Assembly: GCA_946411635.1 (NCBI GenBank)
Contig: CAMKES010000001.1
Location: 73,810 to 137,809, forward strand
Length of the DNA stretch: 64,000 nt
Direction of reading: 5' to 3'
Origin: an uncultured Clostridia bacterium
GTDB lineage: Bacteria > Bacillota > Clostridia > Christensenellales > CAG-138
In this document: positions 1 to 8,511 of the stretch, one piece after another
How positions within the stretch are numbered: position 1 is the stretch's first letter
Layout: each line of letters begins with the position of its first letter
Program-made: the position numbers and the translations under genes
The notes under the pieces: generated by a model
Database searches by the model: none
Seen by the model: the letters and a program-made list of their open reading frames with translations, nothing else
Told to the model about the DNA's origin: nothing

Positions 1-981
1 ATCCTTGAGTTAGTTCAGAAGAAGGACGCCGCGCCGGACAAGCCGGTGTACGCCGCGAAGTCGCCGATGGAGACCGTCAACGAAGCAGGATTCATTCACT
101 TTGAAGGGTTTTCCGATCGCGGCACCGTGTTCATGCTGTCCGTATCCCGCATGCCGGGCGGGGACAACCATATCGAGTATCGGTATGATCTCGACAGCGC
201 GCACTTTCTGGATCTGCAGATCTACTCGATCGGCGGAAACCTGTTCGACGAATGGCTGCCCGCCATCGAACGCGGCGAGATCAAGCTGATCCCGCCCGAG
301 CGCTCGGAGCAGGACGCACGGGCGTATGCCGAGAAGCTGATCGAAAACCTCGGGCTTTCCGATACGTTCACCTGCGTGCGTACGCGCCTTGCGCCGCTTG
401 CCGAAAACGGCGAGCTTACGACCGATATGCAGATCAACGGCTGTCCCGCCTGCTGGGAGGTGATCTTCACGCGCCGGGTCAACGGTGTCAACGTGACCTA
501 CACGGACGACGACTTTTCCAACGACATGGACGGCGACTGGGAGGACAGCACGAGCTATGCCGCGCAGTGGAGCTATGAACGGATCAACGTCTATGTGGAC
601 GACGGGGGATTGAACGGCATGTTTGCACACGGACCGTACGAGGTGCTTGAAATCACGACGCCCGCCGCGAAGATCCTGTCGCTCGACGAGGTGCTGCCGA
701 TCTTTGACCGCATGATGACGTACAAGTACACGGAATATGAGAATCGGAGTATGAATCTCCGGGAAGATCCCTCCGTCACGGTGACGGAGATCCGGCTCGG
801 GCTCACCCGCGTGCGGGAAAAGAACAACCTTGGGACGGCATACCTCGTGCCGACGTACACGTTCTTCGGCGTGACCGACGAAAACCCGAACTACCCGCCG
901 CACGGCTGCGCGGGCACGGAAGCGGTGCTCGTCATCAACGCGATCGACGGCACAACGATTGATCTCGGAAAAGGCTATTGA
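1..981 (+). CDS. DUF6034-like protein, 5'-partial (frame open from window start)
   Basis: Frame 1 is open from base 1 to TGA at 979-981. C-terminus ...LVPTYTFFG...VLVINAIDGTTIDLGKGY matches the paralogs at 3097 and 4531. Confidence 0.75.
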   Translation: MLELVQKKDAAPDKPVYAAKSPMETVNEAGFIHFEGFSDRGTVFMLSVSRMPGGDNHIEYRYDLDSAHFLDLQIYSIGGNLFDEWLPAIERGEIKLIPPERSEQDARAYAEKLIENLGLSDTFTCVRTRLAPLAENGELTTDMQINGCPACWEVIFTRRVNGVNVTYTDDDFSNDMDGDWEDSTSYAAQWSYERINVYVDDGGLNGMFAHGPYEVLEITTPAAKILSLDEVLPIFDRMMTYKYTEYENRSMNLREDPSVTVTEIRLGLTRVREKNNLGTAYLVPTYTFFGVTDENPNYPPHGCAGTEAVLVINAIDGTTIDLGKGY

Positions 982-997
982 GGGGAGGAAAAACAAA

Positions 998-1636
998 ATG
1001 ACAAACGCAATTGAAGTACACGATCTGGTAAAGGTATTCGGACAGGACACGGTTCTGAAGGGCGTCAACCGCAACTTTGAAGCGGGCAAGATCCACGGTG
1101 TCGTCGGCAACAACGGCTCCGGCAAGACGGTCATGTTCAAGTGCATCTGCGGCTTTCTGCAGCCGACGAAGGGCAAGGTCTTCGTCAACGGCAAGCAGAT
1201 CGGCAAGGACGTCGACTTTCCGGAAGACATCGGGCTGATCATCGAGACGCCGGGCTTTCTGCCGCAGCTTTCGGGGCTCAAGAACCTCGAGATCCTTGCG
1301 TCGCTGAAACGCAGGATCAACCTGAAGCAGATCGCCGACACGATCCGCCGCGTGGGGCTGGATCCGATGAGCTCTAAACCCGTCGGAAAGTATTCCCTCG
1401 GTATGCGGCAGCGGCTCGGCATCGCGCAGGCGATCATGGAAAGCCCGTCGCTGCTGATCCTCGACGAGCCGATGAACGGCCTCGACAAGCACGGCGTCGC
1501 CGAGATGCGCGACCTCTTTAAATCGCTTGCCACCGACGGCCGGACGATCCTGCTTGCGAGCCACAACATCGCGGACATCGAAGCACTGTGCGACACGGTC
1601 TGCGAAATGGACGCAGGCGTGATGACGATGCTTTGA
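998..1636 (+). CDS. ABC transporter ATP-binding protein
   Basis: GGAGG RBS before ATG 998. Walker A GNNGSGKT, signature YSLGMRQR, Walker B LILDEP, H-loop LASH. Confidence 0.93.
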   Translation: MTNAIEVHDLVKVFGQDTVLKGVNRNFEAGKIHGVVGNNGSGKTVMFKCICGFLQPTKGKVFVNGKQIGKDVDFPEDIGLIIETPGFLPQLSGLKNLEILASLKRRINLKQIADTIRRVGLDPMSSKPVGKYSLGMRQRLGIAQAIMESPSLLILDEPMNGLDKHGVAEMRDLFKSLATDGRTILLASHNIADIEALCDTVCEMDAGVMTML

Positions 1637-1718
1637 CGGAAAACCGTTTTCGCATCCCAAAACGAACACCATTTGAAACCCGATTACAACAGTTTGAACT
1701 ACATCAAGGAGGACACCC

Positions 1719-3086
1719 ATGAAACGTTTTGTAACCTGGCTGCTGATTGCCATTCTGACGCTGATGCCGCTGACGGCCTTTGCCGAGGGCGAGGACACGG
1801 GCGATGCGCTCTCGGTGGACGAAGCGCACGTCTACTCGGATATGGACAGGAGCATCTCCGAGGGATACCACCCGCGCGTCTCTTCGACGGCGGTGCACTT
1901 CCGCCTGCCGCTGATCGGTGAAACGGACGGAAGCCCCGTCGAGGTCACGGCGAAGCTCCCGACCGACGGCCCGTTTACGGTGGACGAGATCCGGTTTACC
2001 GTTCCGCAGCAGACGTTCGAGTTCAAAAACACCAAGAACGAAAAGGAGACCGTCAAGGCGTACGTCATCGAGCAGTCGATCCCGCTGAAGCAGATGTTTT
2101 TCAACGGCACGTATTCCGTCCGCTTCGTCGTGTCGTACCGGACCGCGGCGGGCGAACCGAAGGAACAGACCTTCGTGCAGCAGACCGTGATGAAGAACGG
2201 CAAGACGGAGGATCAGGTGCGGCATCAGGATCCGATCCGCAAGCCGGTCCTGGTCATCCGCGAGGACGCGATCACGCCGACGGAGGTCGTCGGCAACGAC
2301 CGCGTAACGGTCAGGTTGAAGATCGAAAACGTCGGCCAGAAGGAGGCGCGCAACATCCGCATCAACGCCGCGCCGCAGGACGGCGACCTCGTGCTCACGG
2401 GCGATCTGAACGGGTATTTCATCGAGTGCCTCAACGCCAACGAAACGATCGAGGCGGAGTTTACGCTCCGCGTCGCAAGCCATGCGCTGGAGGGCGACCA
2501 TCTCGTGCAGATCAACATCTCCTATGAGGGCCAGTACGAGGGCGATTATTCGGAAACCGCGCTGTACTGCGTGCATGCCGCGCAGCCGGTGGAGCTCGCG
2601 TTCGACGCGGTCGAACTGCCCGAGAGCATGACGAGCGGCGACACCTTCACGCAGATCATCTACGTTTACAATCCCTCGTGCGCGACGGCGTACAACGTGC
2701 GCGGCGTTCTGACGATGGACGGACTCATCTGCTCGTCGGCGTTCCTCGGCACCATCGCACCGCAGGGCGAAGCGACCAAGGAGCTTTCGGTCTTCATCAC
2801 GACGCTTTCGGGCAGCCAGAAGTACGGCGAAACGTGGGGCAATTTCGAACTGCATTTTGAGGACGAGAACGGCGAGGAGCACGTTCTGTATCAGGACCTG
2901 AAGGGAACGATCCAGGAGCCGGAAAAGATCACGGACGAGGAGAAGGCACGGCAGGAGCAGGAGCAGAGGGAACAGCAGACGCTGTCGCAGTGGTGGATCT
3001 CGCTGCTCGTCGCGATCGCTGTGATCATCATTCTGATCGCCGTCATCGTCATTGCTCGCTTCGGCCGCATGCTGCGCATGAAGTGA
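1719..3086 (+). CDS. Secreted, C-terminally membrane-anchored Ig-like (CARDB/COG1361-like) protein
   Basis: AAGGAGG RBS and N-terminal signal peptide. Ig-like segments (VTVRLKIENVGQKEARNIRI; YVYNPSCATAYNV). C-terminal TM helix with basic tail. Confidence 0.7.
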   Translation: MKRFVTWLLIAILTLMPLTAFAEGEDTGDALSVDEAHVYSDMDRSISEGYHPRVSSTAVHFRLPLIGETDGSPVEVTAKLPTDGPFTVDEIRFTVPQQTFEFKNTKNEKETVKAYVIEQSIPLKQMFFNGTYSVRFVVSYRTAAGEPKEQTFVQQTVMKNGKTEDQVRHQDPIRKPVLVIREDAITPTEVVGNDRVTVRLKIENVGQKEARNIRINAAPQDGDLVLTGDLNGYFIECLNANETIEAEFTLRVASHALEGDHLVQINISYEGQYEGDYSETALYCVHAAQPVELAFDAVELPESMTSGDTFTQIIYVYNPSCATAYNVRGVLTMDGLICSSAFLGTIAPQGEATKELSVFITTLSGSQKYGETWGNFELHFEDENGEEHVLYQDLKGTIQEPEKITDEEKARQEQEQREQQTLSQWWISLLVAIAVIIILIAVIVIARFGRMLRMK

Positions 3087-3096
3087 GGGGGATTCC

Positions 3097-4521
3097 ATGA
3101 AACGATTGTTGATTGCCCTTTTATCTCTTGTTCTGCTCGCGGCCTGCCAGCCCACGCCGGAGGAGGACGCGGTGAAGCAAAAAGATACCGTTGCAATGGT
3201 CGACACCGTGCTCGAGGCGAGCGCGAACGATTCGGACGGTGCAAAAAATGCTGTGAAGGATCAGATGCCGGGCCGGCTCGTCTGGGATTACCGCACCGAA
3301 ACGCGGCAGGTCCCTGTGAACGGCGATGTGCCGATCCGCATTATGACGGACAGCACGTTTCCGCTGCTGCGCTGTGAGCGGAGGCAGTTTTCCGCCGAGG
3401 AGAAGATTGCGATTGCAAAAGCGCTGCTCGGCACGGATAAGGTATATGCCTGGCAGTATCAGTTGACGAAAGAGGATCTGGAACGGGAAATAGAGGACGC
3501 GCTTCGCGAGATTTCGCCGGAAGAGAAAGCGGAAACCATGAAGGATTTCGGCATGACCGAGGCGGACTGGGACGCGCTTATGGAAAAGCGGCAGGAGCGT
3601 CTGGTCTCCCTGCAGGAGAAATATCGAAACCTCGAGGATGGCATTCCGCTCGTCCTTTCCGAATGGGACGGTATGATCGAGGGCGGAGGGCAGCTGTTCC
3701 TTGTCGGCGCACCCGATCAGACGGACGAGTATCTGAAATACAGCCACGTAGCACATTTTGAGGGACCGGAGGATCCGAAGGACGTTTCGGTCTCATTTAT
3801 GCGGAAAGGCGAATGGGATCGAATGCCGAAGTCGGAAGCGGAGGGAGAACTGCTCGGGAATCCGGTCGTGACGCGAATTGAGACGGACGCATATAACGTG
3901 CCGATCGAAGGGACAAATCTCGTACCCGCCGTGCTGATCGCAAAGATGCAGCAGATCCTTGCGCCGTTCGGCAGCTTTACCGTGGCGGACGTGTTCTCGG
4001 TAAAAGAATACGACGGAGTGCGCTGCCGCATCAGCATGACGCCGTTGTATTACGGCGATGCAGCGGCGACGTTTCTGACGCTCTCCTCTCGAGGCAAGGA
4101 TGAGGAAGAATCGCATGGCTATCGGCTCTGGCCGAGAGAGACCGTTGTTGCAACTTGGGACGAGAACGGATTGTGCGATTTCGACTGGAACTTTCCGCTG
4201 CGGGTGACGGAAGTCGTTTCGGACAACTGCCCGCTGCTGCCGTTTGACGAGATCGAATCGATTGCAAAACAGCAGATCAATCGCGTATATGCGACGGAAT
4301 ACTGGTCGGACGCGTCGATCACGATTACAGGCGTCACGCTGGGACTCGTCCGCATCGCCGAGCCGTATCAGATGGATCAGGCGCTGCTTGTGCCGGTCTG
4401 GTGCTTCTTCGGCACGGTGGAAAAGCCGGGCTTTTCCACGTGGAATTACGGCGCAGACGAACCGCTTCTGATGATCAACGCGATCGACGGCACGATCATC
4501 GACCCGGAAGCGGGCTATTGA
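3097..4521 (+). CDS. DUF6034-like lipoprotein
   Basis: Lipobox LAAC followed by QPTPEE. C-terminus LLVPVWCFFG...LLMINAIDGTIIDPEAGY. Confidence 0.8.
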   Translation: MKRLLIALLSLVLLAACQPTPEEDAVKQKDTVAMVDTVLEASANDSDGAKNAVKDQMPGRLVWDYRTETRQVPVNGDVPIRIMTDSTFPLLRCERRQFSAEEKIAIAKALLGTDKVYAWQYQLTKEDLEREIEDALREISPEEKAETMKDFGMTEADWDALMEKRQERLVSLQEKYRNLEDGIPLVLSEWDGMIEGGGQLFLVGAPDQTDEYLKYSHVAHFEGPEDPKDVSVSFMRKGEWDRMPKSEAEGELLGNPVVTRIETDAYNVPIEGTNLVPAVLIAKMQQILAPFGSFTVADVFSVKEYDGVRCRISMTPLYYGDAAATFLTLSSRGKDEEESHGYRLWPRETVVATWDENGLCDFDWNFPLRVTEVVSDNCPLLPFDEIESIAKQQINRVYATEYWSDASITITGVTLGLVRIAEPYQMDQALLVPVWCFFGTVEKPGFSTWNYGADEPLLMINAIDGTIIDPEAGY

Positions 4522-4530
4522 GGAGAAAAT

Positions 4531-5976
4531 ATGAAACGAATCATCATTGCATTGCTTGCGCTGCTTCTGCTTCTTGCGTGTCAGCCCACGCCGGAGGAGG
4601 AGATCGTCGTCAACAAGCAGGACGAGACTCTGGAGCAGAAGCTGCACGCGACGCCGATCCCGGCAACGGCGGAAACGGCAGAACCCGGTGCGGATGCCGT
4701 GCAGACGGGCGAACCGGAAGCACGGCGCGGGCAGACGTTCCCGGCGCATTGGAACGACACGGTCGCCGTTACGGACCGGCTTACCGTCACGATCGACGCG
4801 CCGATCGTCACGCGGGCGGACGGGGTGTACCCGGTTTACCGCACGAGAGAACGAGACTTCACGGATGCGGAAGTGCTTTCGATCCTGAACGTGCTGCTGC
4901 CGAAGCCGGTGAAGCGCTTGTCCGGTGCGGAAACGAAGGAAATGATCGCCGTACAGATCGAGAATTTCAACGAGGAAGCGGCGCGCTGGCAGGAATGGCG
5001 CGCAAGGGGCTGTCCGGAGGACGCGCGTCCGGACGGCGAGGAACTGACGGATGAAATGATCGAGGTCATTCTGAACGAGTATGCGGAGCAGCTTCGCCTT
5101 GCGCCCGAGCGGGACGAGGAGCAGCCGGTTTCGGCGTTCGATCCGTCGCTCCCGCGCGCGGCCTACAGACTGGAAAACGGAAAGACCGCGATCGTCGTTG
5201 CGTCGGACCGGACGCTTGCCTTCAGTATCGGAAGCGGCATCCTCTATACGCAGGCGGAATACGAGCGCGATCTGCAGTTTCCCGCCGAGGCGGAGTACGA
5301 CGTCAACGCCTGGAAGCCGGTCACGCTGTCACGCGAAGCGGCGGAAAAGACGCTTTGGGAAACGCTCGATCGGGTCGACGTTGCGGGCTTTGCGATCGTT
5401 TCCGCACAGGGCGCAAACATGATCGGAACCGACGGACGGTCGTCCGAGGCAAGCGGCTGGCTGTTCACGCTGGCGCGTGATTACGGCGGATACCCGCTCG
5501 CGCATCAGGCGCAGGCGGACGGACGGATCAAGTATGCCGAGGGCGACGGATTTGAGGCGAACGCGCCGATCCCGAAGGAGGAGATCCGGGTCATGATCTC
5601 GGAGGACGGCGTGGTGGATTTTACCTACGGCGGCGTCAAGCAGATCGTTCGCATTGAAAACGAAAACGTCGAACTGCTGCCGTTCGAGGAGATTCGGCAG
5701 CGAGCGATCAACGGCCTGAAATACGGCTTTGCCGGATACGGCGTCGGCGAGAACTATACCGCCGATTTCACCGTCTTCAAAGCGGTCCTGACGGTCTATA
5801 CGCTTCGGATCCGCAACGAAGACGATTATTACGAAATGCCCTGCTGGCTGCTGCTGTTCGAGCACACGCTTTCATCCGGTGACTACACGGTCGGGGAAGC
5901 GCTTGGCAAGCAGTATCGCGCGCTGGTCATCAACGCCGTCGACGGCAGCATCGTAAACCCGAAGCTGGGATACTGA
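4531..5976 (+). CDS. DUF6034-like lipoprotein
   Basis: Lipobox LLAC followed by QPTPEEEIVVNK. C-terminus ALVINAVDGSIVNPKLGY. Confidence 0.8.
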   Translation: MKRIIIALLALLLLLACQPTPEEEIVVNKQDETLEQKLHATPIPATAETAEPGADAVQTGEPEARRGQTFPAHWNDTVAVTDRLTVTIDAPIVTRADGVYPVYRTRERDFTDAEVLSILNVLLPKPVKRLSGAETKEMIAVQIENFNEEAARWQEWRARGCPEDARPDGEELTDEMIEVILNEYAEQLRLAPERDEEQPVSAFDPSLPRAAYRLENGKTAIVVASDRTLAFSIGSGILYTQAEYERDLQFPAEAEYDVNAWKPVTLSREAAEKTLWETLDRVDVAGFAIVSAQGANMIGTDGRSSEASGWLFTLARDYGGYPLAHQAQADGRIKYAEGDGFEANAPIPKEEIRVMISEDGVVDFTYGGVKQIVRIENENVELLPFEEIRQRAINGLKYGFAGYGVGENYTADFTVFKAVLTVYTLRIRNEDDYYEMPCWLLLFEHTLSSGDYTVGEALGKQYRALVINAVDGSIVNPKLGY

Positions 5977-6030
5977 ACGCCGCGGGAACATTCCGGCGGA
6001 TTCTCCTGTCGGAGAATCTCAGATAGAACA

Positions 6031-6146
6031 GTGCGCCGAGGCCGGCGCCCCCTACGGATAACTGTTCAAACATGATAGCTTTGTCCGCATCTCATGCACA
6101 GGATTCTTAACAACATTTGCAGGGGAGGCCGACCCCGGCCTCCCGC
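6031..6146. repeat. Pair of oppositely oriented GTAG-type REP-like palindromes
   Basis: Minus strand 6031-6055 reads GTAGGGGGCGCCGGCCTCGGCGCAC. Plus strand 6119-6146 reads GCAGGGGAGGCCGACCCCGGCCTCCCGC. Both are G(T/C)AGGG followed by a GC hairpin. Confidence 0.45.
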
Positions 6147-6161
6147 AGGAAAGGAGAACCC

Positions 6162-6200
6162 ATGAAACGAATCATCATTGTATTGCTTGCGCTGGCGTGA
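6162..6200 (+). pseudogene. Stub of a further DUF6034-like lipoprotein gene (signal peptide start only)
   Basis: AAGGAG RBS, then ATGAAACGAATCATCATTGTATTGCTTGCGCTG, 32/33 nt identical to the start of the gene at 4531. Stops after 12 codons (MKRIIIVLLALA*). Confidence 0.75.
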
Positions 6201-6748
6201 TCCTCTGCGCATGCATGGGCGTTCGCCCAATGGAACTCGAAAACGTCGGCAAACCCGGAACCAGTATCGATTGGGAGAACCGTTTGATCAAAGGGATCGG
6301 CGTCAAGACGAAAACCGGAAGAAATAGAGAAGTTGTGATCCCGGAAGAAGTCATGGATATCGCAAAAAGATTTCTATCTCCGGTAAACCAGTTCGCGGCT
6401 GTTACGAGGACCTGTTGGCAGAACCGCCTGGACAAGCTGTTGGATCACATGGATATGCCAAGACGAACCGTCGGCGCAGGGAGGTCCACGTATATGACGC
6501 GGCTATATCGGAACGGCGTCAAGGAACGTGACGCACAAAAGCTGGTTGGTCATGTCGTAGGCAGCTCGACGCTCGCAACAAATTACTTAAAACTGGATAA
6601 CGAATCGTTGAGAAAGGAAGTCGATCGAGTCATCACCTTCGGAAAGAAAAACGAAGAGGAAACAGAATCGATTGATGACACTATAAAGATAGCCCGAGAG
6701 AAGCTTGGCGATGAAAAGCTGATAAAGATTCTTCTTGCACAGATGTAA
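6197..6748 (+). pseudogene. Tyrosine recombinase/integrase, C-terminal catalytic-domain remnant
   Basis: GVRPMEL (Arg I), KTKTG (Lys), GAGRSTY (degenerate HxxR), LVGH, TNYL (Tyr). No N-terminal domains and no RBS of its own. Visibly AT-richer than the flanks and points toward a tRNA 3' end. Confidence 0.75.
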
Positions 6749-6939
6749 AAGAAAACGGTGACATCGGTAGGGAACTCGTCGTTGGGGCGTCAGAGGCAAT
6801 CCGTTGCGCAATGGAAAGAATCAAAAAAACCGAAAATGGAGGAGGAAACGTGAGAAAAAAAGTATCATTTCCGGGCCGGCGAAAAGAAGACAAGAACGTG
6901 TTTGTGCCGGCTACTCCACTTCCACTACACTTTGAATAT

Positions 6940-6967
6940 GAAAAAAGCCCCAAATCTGGGGCTTCTT
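6940..6967 (-). terminator. Intrinsic terminator of tRNA-Glu
   Basis: AAGCCCCA-aatc-TGGGGCTT hairpin followed by a U-tract on the minus strand. Confidence 0.7.
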
Positions 6968-7043
6968 TGGTACCCGGTACGGGAGTCGAACCCGTGTTAC
7001 CGCCGTGAGAGGGCGGTGTCCTAGGCCACTAGACGAACCGAGC
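6968..7043 (-). tRNA. tRNA-Glu (CTC)
   Basis: Reverse complement GCTCGGTTCGTCTAGTGGCCTAGGACACCGCCCTCTCACGGCGGTAACACGGGTTCGACTCCCGTACCGGGTACCA: cloverleaf, anticodon CTC, encoded CCA. Confidence 0.96.
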
Positions 7044-7054
7044 ACGCAAGAGAT

Positions 7055-7083
7055 ATAATACCGAAGATTGTCGGTTTTGTCAA
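7055..7083 (-). promoter_or_regulatory. Sigma-70/A-type promoter of tRNA-Glu
   Basis: TTGACA-17 nt-TATTAT on the minus strand just upstream of the tRNA. Confidence 0.75.
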
Positions 7084-7119
7084 TGCTTTTTTTGCATTTT
7101 TGCAAAAAGAATTGCGGCG

Positions 7120-7788
7120 TCATTCGATGCGCCAGTCGATCGGTGCCTGACTGGTTTTTTCCAGCCAGGCGTTCGCCTTCGAGAAGTGCCTGCAGCCGAA
7201 GAAGCCGTTGTACGCGGACAGCGGGCTCGGATGCGGCGCCTCGAGCTTGACGTGGATCGGGTTCGTGACGATCTTCGCCTTGTTGCGCGCGTTCGCGCCC
7301 CACAGCAGAAAGACGACGGGCGTCCGCTTTTCGTTCAGCAGCTCAATCACGCGGTCGGTGAACGGCTCCCAGCCTTTGCCCTTATGCGAATTCGGCTGAT
7401 GCGCGCGCACGGTCAGCACGGTGTTCAGAAGAAGCACGCCCTGACGCGCCCAGGCGGTCAATTCTCCGTTTTTCGGTTCCGGCAAGCCGAGATCCTCATG
7501 CAGCTCGTGAAAGATGTTTTTGAGCGAAGGAGGCGGCTCTACGCCCTTCTGCACGGAGAAGCAGAGCCCGTGCGCCTGACCGGGACCGTGATACGGGTCC
7601 TGCCCGAGGATGACGACGCGCGTATCCCGAAAACTCGTGTACTTCAGCGCGTTGAAGATGTCGTACATGCCGGGATAGATCGTGTGCGTGCGGTATTCCT
7701 CGGCGAGGAAGCGCCGCAGCGCCTGATACTGCTCCGAGGCAAAGTAATCGGCAAGCAGTTCGTCCCAGTCGTTCCCGATATGTACCAT
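7120..7788 (-). CDS. ung: Uracil-DNA glycosylase (family 1)
   Basis: GQDPYH, GLCFSV, PPSLKNI, GVLLLN and HPSPLS motifs. GGAGG RBS before ATG 7788. Confidence 0.97.
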   Translation of the reverse strand: MVHIGNDWDELLADYFASEQYQALRRFLAEEYRTHTIYPGMYDIFNALKYTSFRDTRVVILGQDPYHGPGQAHGLCFSVQKGVEPPPSLKNIFHELHEDLGLPEPKNGELTAWARQGVLLLNTVLTVRAHQPNSHKGKGWEPFTDRVIELLNEKRTPVVFLLWGANARNKAKIVTNPIHVKLEAPHPSPLSAYNGFFGCRHFSKANAWLEKTSQAPIDWRIE

Positions 7789-7865
7789 ACGCACCTCCGC
7801 ATTTTTTTACAGTATACACCAAAGCGCGCTTGCGCACAAGAGGCGGCGCGTGGTATACTGCAGGT

Positions 7866-8423
7866 ATGGAATTCATCGAAGCATTGAAACTTTACATCCC
7901 GCGCGACGCGCAGGAGGAAACGGACAAGGCGGTCATGCTCGACTGTCTCAGCCGCTTTCCGGACGTGTATGAGCGGAGCAATCTGCTGTTCCACGTGACG
8001 GCGTCCGCATGGATCACGAACGAATCGCGCGACCGCGTGCTGATGGTTTATCACAACATCTACGATTCGTGGGCGTGGACGGGCGGACACGCGGACGGCG
8101 ATCGGGATCTTCTGAACGTTGCCCTGAAGGAGGCGAGGGAGGAGACGGGGCTGCTCTCGGTGCGGCCGGCGTCGGAGCGGCTTCTTTCGATCGAAACGCT
8201 GACCGTCAATCCGCATCGGAAACGCGGGAAGTTCGTTCCGGCGCATCTGCATCTGAACGGCACGTATCTGCTGATCGCGGACGACGCGGAGCCGCTTCGC
8301 GTGAAGGCGGACGAGAACAGCGCGGTCGCGTGGTTTTCGCCGGAGGAGGCGATCAAAGCCTGCTCGGAGCCCTGGATGCGGCCGGTCTATCAACGGCTGA
8401 ACGACCGTATGAAATCGTTCTGA
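7866..8423 (+). CDS. NUDIX hydrolase
   Basis: Nudix box GGHADGDRDLLNVALKEAREETGL and HVTASAW. Confidence 0.9.
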   Translation: MEFIEALKLYIPRDAQEETDKAVMLDCLSRFPDVYERSNLLFHVTASAWITNESRDRVLMVYHNIYDSWAWTGGHADGDRDLLNVALKEAREETGLLSVRPASERLLSIETLTVNPHRKRGKFVPAHLHLNGTYLLIADDAEPLRVKADENSAVAWFSPEEAIKACSEPWMRPVYQRLNDRMKSF

Positions 8424-8429
8424 TATCGG

Positions 8430-8494
8430 AAAGCCGCGTATAAAGCGGCTTTTTTCGTACAAGAAAAGAGGATCGCACGAGGCGATCCTCTTTT
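8430..8494. terminator. Two hairpin terminators between convergent genes
   Basis: AAAGCCGC-gtataaa-GCGGCTTTTTT and AAAAGAGGATCGC-acgag-GCGATCCTCTTTT. Confidence 0.7.
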
Positions 8495-8511
8495 ATGTTC
8501 AGTAAGGAGTG

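Noticed and set aside
6197-6748. Intact integrase or active prophage/ICE
   Set aside because: Only the catalytic half remains. No RBS of its own, no other mobile-element genes and no second att site in the window.
6811-7008. 65-aa ORF next to the integrase
   Set aside because: It runs into the antisense strand of the tRNA and has no recognisable motif.
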